IMG/VR virus record: IMGVR_UViG_3300020043_002997
Span: 1-25,212 of that record
Strand: one strand, 5' to 3'
DNA length: 25,212 nt
Source of the DNA: a virus
Taxonomy: Duplodnaviria > Caudoviricetes
The notes beneath the pieces are model-generated. The model saw only the letters and a list, made by a program, of their open reading frames with translations. It had not been told where the DNA came from and did no database searches. Numbering within the stretch: the stretch's first letter is position 1; every line of letters starts with the position of its first letter. Both the position numbers and the translations under genes were made by a program. Below are positions 23,829 through 25,212 of this stretch, one piece after another.

Positions 23829-23861
23829 AAAAAGAAACCCCAACACTTCTGATGGGGTCTT
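23829..23861 (-). terminator. Intrinsic terminator downstream of the small early-type genes
   Basis: AGACCCCA-N10-TGGGGTTT followed by CTTTTT. Confidence 0.7.
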
Positions 23862-23957
23862 CCGACCGTGTACTCACGATCCACCACCTATCTCCATAGG
23901 CTACTACGTTTTTTATTTAACGTCAGGGTTCGCTGACCTGAGTGCAGTAAGGTAAAG

Positions 23958-24173
23958 TTAGAAAATATCCGTGGGTTGTTCATCGGTATATTCCAGCTTC
24001 TGCTTGAGCCACTGAATGTAAAGGGTGGCATCCATCAGCTCTTCTTCTAAGTGGGTAAGGCGGTCATTGATTTCTGCATTGTTCCTGCAAAGGGTAGTGC
24101 CGTACTTGTTAATGCCTACCTCGGATCGTCTGCGGAACTTAGCAACTACCTGCTCAACTATTTTATCGGTCAT
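23958..24173 (-). CDS. Conserved phage protein, possibly all-alpha NTP pyrophosphohydrolase-like
   Basis: The pattern RSEVGINKYGTTL.R...HLEEELMDATLY includes an EExxD motif reminiscent of MazG-like folds. Confidence 0.6.
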   Translation of the reverse strand: MTDKIVEQVVAKFRRRSEVGINKYGTTLCRNNAEINDRLTHLEEELMDATLYIQWLKQKLEYTDEQPTDIF

Positions 24174-24340
24174 GACTTTCTCCTCTCTACCCAGCCGGTG
24201 CTGCCGTTAGGGAATACCTGAAGCACTCGCTCGTAGTGGCTAGGGTCGAATATCCTTACTCGGTATTTATCGGGGTTCTTGTTTAGGTCGTGTTTTTCGG
24301 GCTTCTTCTTATCTGCGCCCTCTTGTTTACCGTTCTTCAT
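24170..24340 (-). CDS. Hypothetical 56-aa protein (absent from the ORF track)
   Basis: MKNGKQEGADKKKPEKHDLNKNPDKYRVRIFDPSHYERVLQVFPNGSTGWVERRKS fills the gap, and its TGA overlaps the next ATG (ATGA). Confidence 0.7.
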   Translation of the reverse strand: MKNGKQEGADKKKPEKHDLNKNPDKYRVRIFDPSHYERVLQVFPNGSTGWVERRKS

Positions 24341-24638
24341 CAAAATATGGTTTTAAGTCTTTAAGTTCGTACTCGTCACTTGTTAGCTGAACGCTAAGGC
24401 CTCTATGGAGGTCAAGCCACAATATTTCTTTTTTAGCCATAGCCATAGTCCAGCCCATCTTCTTTGCTGCGTACTTTATAGCCCACTGCGTCCATTCTTG
24501 GCTTTGGTCCATAGTTATCTTGTACTCAAGAAACTTCTCGAATGGCATCTCCGTGGCTTGCTCGAATGTAAGCCCTACAAGCTCGTACTGCTTGCCTAGG
24601 AGTTCCTTTATCAGTAGGCGTAGTTTAGATTCCTTCAT
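24327..24638 (-). CDS. Hypothetical protein
   Basis: 103-aa ORF in a tightly packed operon. Confidence 0.75.
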   Translation of the reverse strand: MKESKLRLLIKELLGKQYELVGLTFEQATEMPFEKFLEYKITMDQSQEWTQWAIKYAAKKMGWTMAMAKKEILWLDLHRGLSVQLTSDEYELKDLKPYFDEER

Positions 24639-24642
24639 AAGC

Positions 24643-24852
24643 CTATAAGTCGATTAAGTCTGTCTTTGGCACTTTCTTATGCAATACAATTGCATCAGTA
24701 GCCTGGCTAGAAGGTTTAACATCCTTATCGATTATGAAGCCGATAAGATTAATAATATCCTGCACGGTAGATCCAGCAGGAAGCTCGACTGAAAACTTAG
24801 TTTCAGGTGTGCGGATAGACACGCTAATGTGCTTCTCAAGTGTTTCGCTCAT
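24643..24852 (-). CDS. Hypothetical protein
   Basis: 69-aa ORF with an A-rich leader ACTAACTAAAACAAC-ATG. Confidence 0.7.
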   Translation of the reverse strand: MSETLEKHISVSIRTPETKFSVELPAGSTVQDIINLIGFIIDKDVKPSSQATDAIVLHKKVPKTDLIDL

Positions 24853-24872
24853 GTTGTTTTAGTTAGTAGGCG

Positions 24873-24900
24873 CAAGATACAAACTTTCTGCAAAAGTCAA
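24873..24900 (-). promoter_or_regulatory. Possible promoter of the small-gene operon
   Basis: TTG-N18-TATCTTG, a variant of the consensus, about 20 nt upstream of the ATG at 24852. Confidence 0.4.
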
Positions 24901-24932
24901 CTTTGTTCATTAAAAAAAAAAATATACCCTAC

Positions 24933-25212
24933 CCCTGATATATTCAATGTAGAAGGTCGAAACTAACTTCCAAGCTTTTTCTTTCAAAGTTTTCCGCAGA
25001 AAGTAGGTCAGAATGGTTCTTTAGAGGCTAGTTTTTGAATTGTTTAATAAGTTAGTTTTAGTCTAATTCAAATCTAATTCTAAAGGTTCGGTGTTTTCTA
25101 CACGGATAAGCTATTGTGGTTTAGTTTCTTATGAAGGTTTCTACACGATGAGAAGACAGTTGTAAGACAGTGTTTGGATTCTGTAAATTATCCACATTTG
25201 TATATATCAGGG
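24933..25212. repeat. Imperfect inverted repeats bounding an AT-rich non-coding segment
   Basis: CCCTGATATATTCAATGTAGA (24933..24953) versus the reverse complement of 25191..25212, CCCTGATATATACAAATGTGGA. The first 11 nt match exactly. Confidence 0.6.

Noticed and set aside
23661-23846. 61-aa minus-strand ORF
   Set aside because: It has a non-ATG start inside a terminator hairpin and overlaps a plus-strand promoter-terminator unit, so non-coding is the better explanation.
23829-23950. tRNA or hammerhead ribozyme
   Set aside because: No cloverleaf or T-loop consensus, and no CUGANGA...GAAA core on either strand.
1675-24599. All plus-strand ORFs in the ORF track (e.g. 3112..3519, 18395..18910, 21956..22408)
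   Set aside because: They are antisense shadows of well-supported minus-strand genes and have no recognisable motifs.
1-25212. Alternative genetic code (stop codon reassignment)
   Set aside because: Genes are long and tightly packed under the standard code, and TAA, TAG and TGA all end genes at sensible boundaries.

Overview
This window is the packaging and morphogenesis region of a tailed dsDNA phage, with nearly all genes on the minus strand. The host is probably Bacteroidota, inferred from TAnnTTTG promoter elements and A-rich leaders that lack Shine-Dalgarno sequences. In transcription order it holds small early-type genes, a non-coding gap with three candidate small RNAs, TerS, TerL, two small genes, tail assembly chaperones with a predicted -1 frameshift, tape measure, two tail-tip proteins and the tail tube. 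These are followed by a cassette of three glycosyltransferases and an FkbM methyltransferase, a portal with a DnaJ-type zinc finger, minor head protein, scaffold, major capsid protein, head-tail joining proteins and fibre proteins, the last of which runs off the left edge. The main finding is that TerL carries a 319-aa intein (20924..21880) whose HNH homing endonuclease is not in frame. It is a separate nested gene (21006..21629) in the -1 frame, while the intein frame stays open across all of it, so 624 nt are dual-coding. Other notable signals are a similar H-type pseudoknot at nearly the same distance upstream of the capsid and tail-tube genes, a ~30-aa module shared by three otherwise unrelated virion proteins, four apparently leaderless late genes, and a possible virion glycosylation cassette. 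Protein calls come from motif recognition and gene order only; no database search was run.
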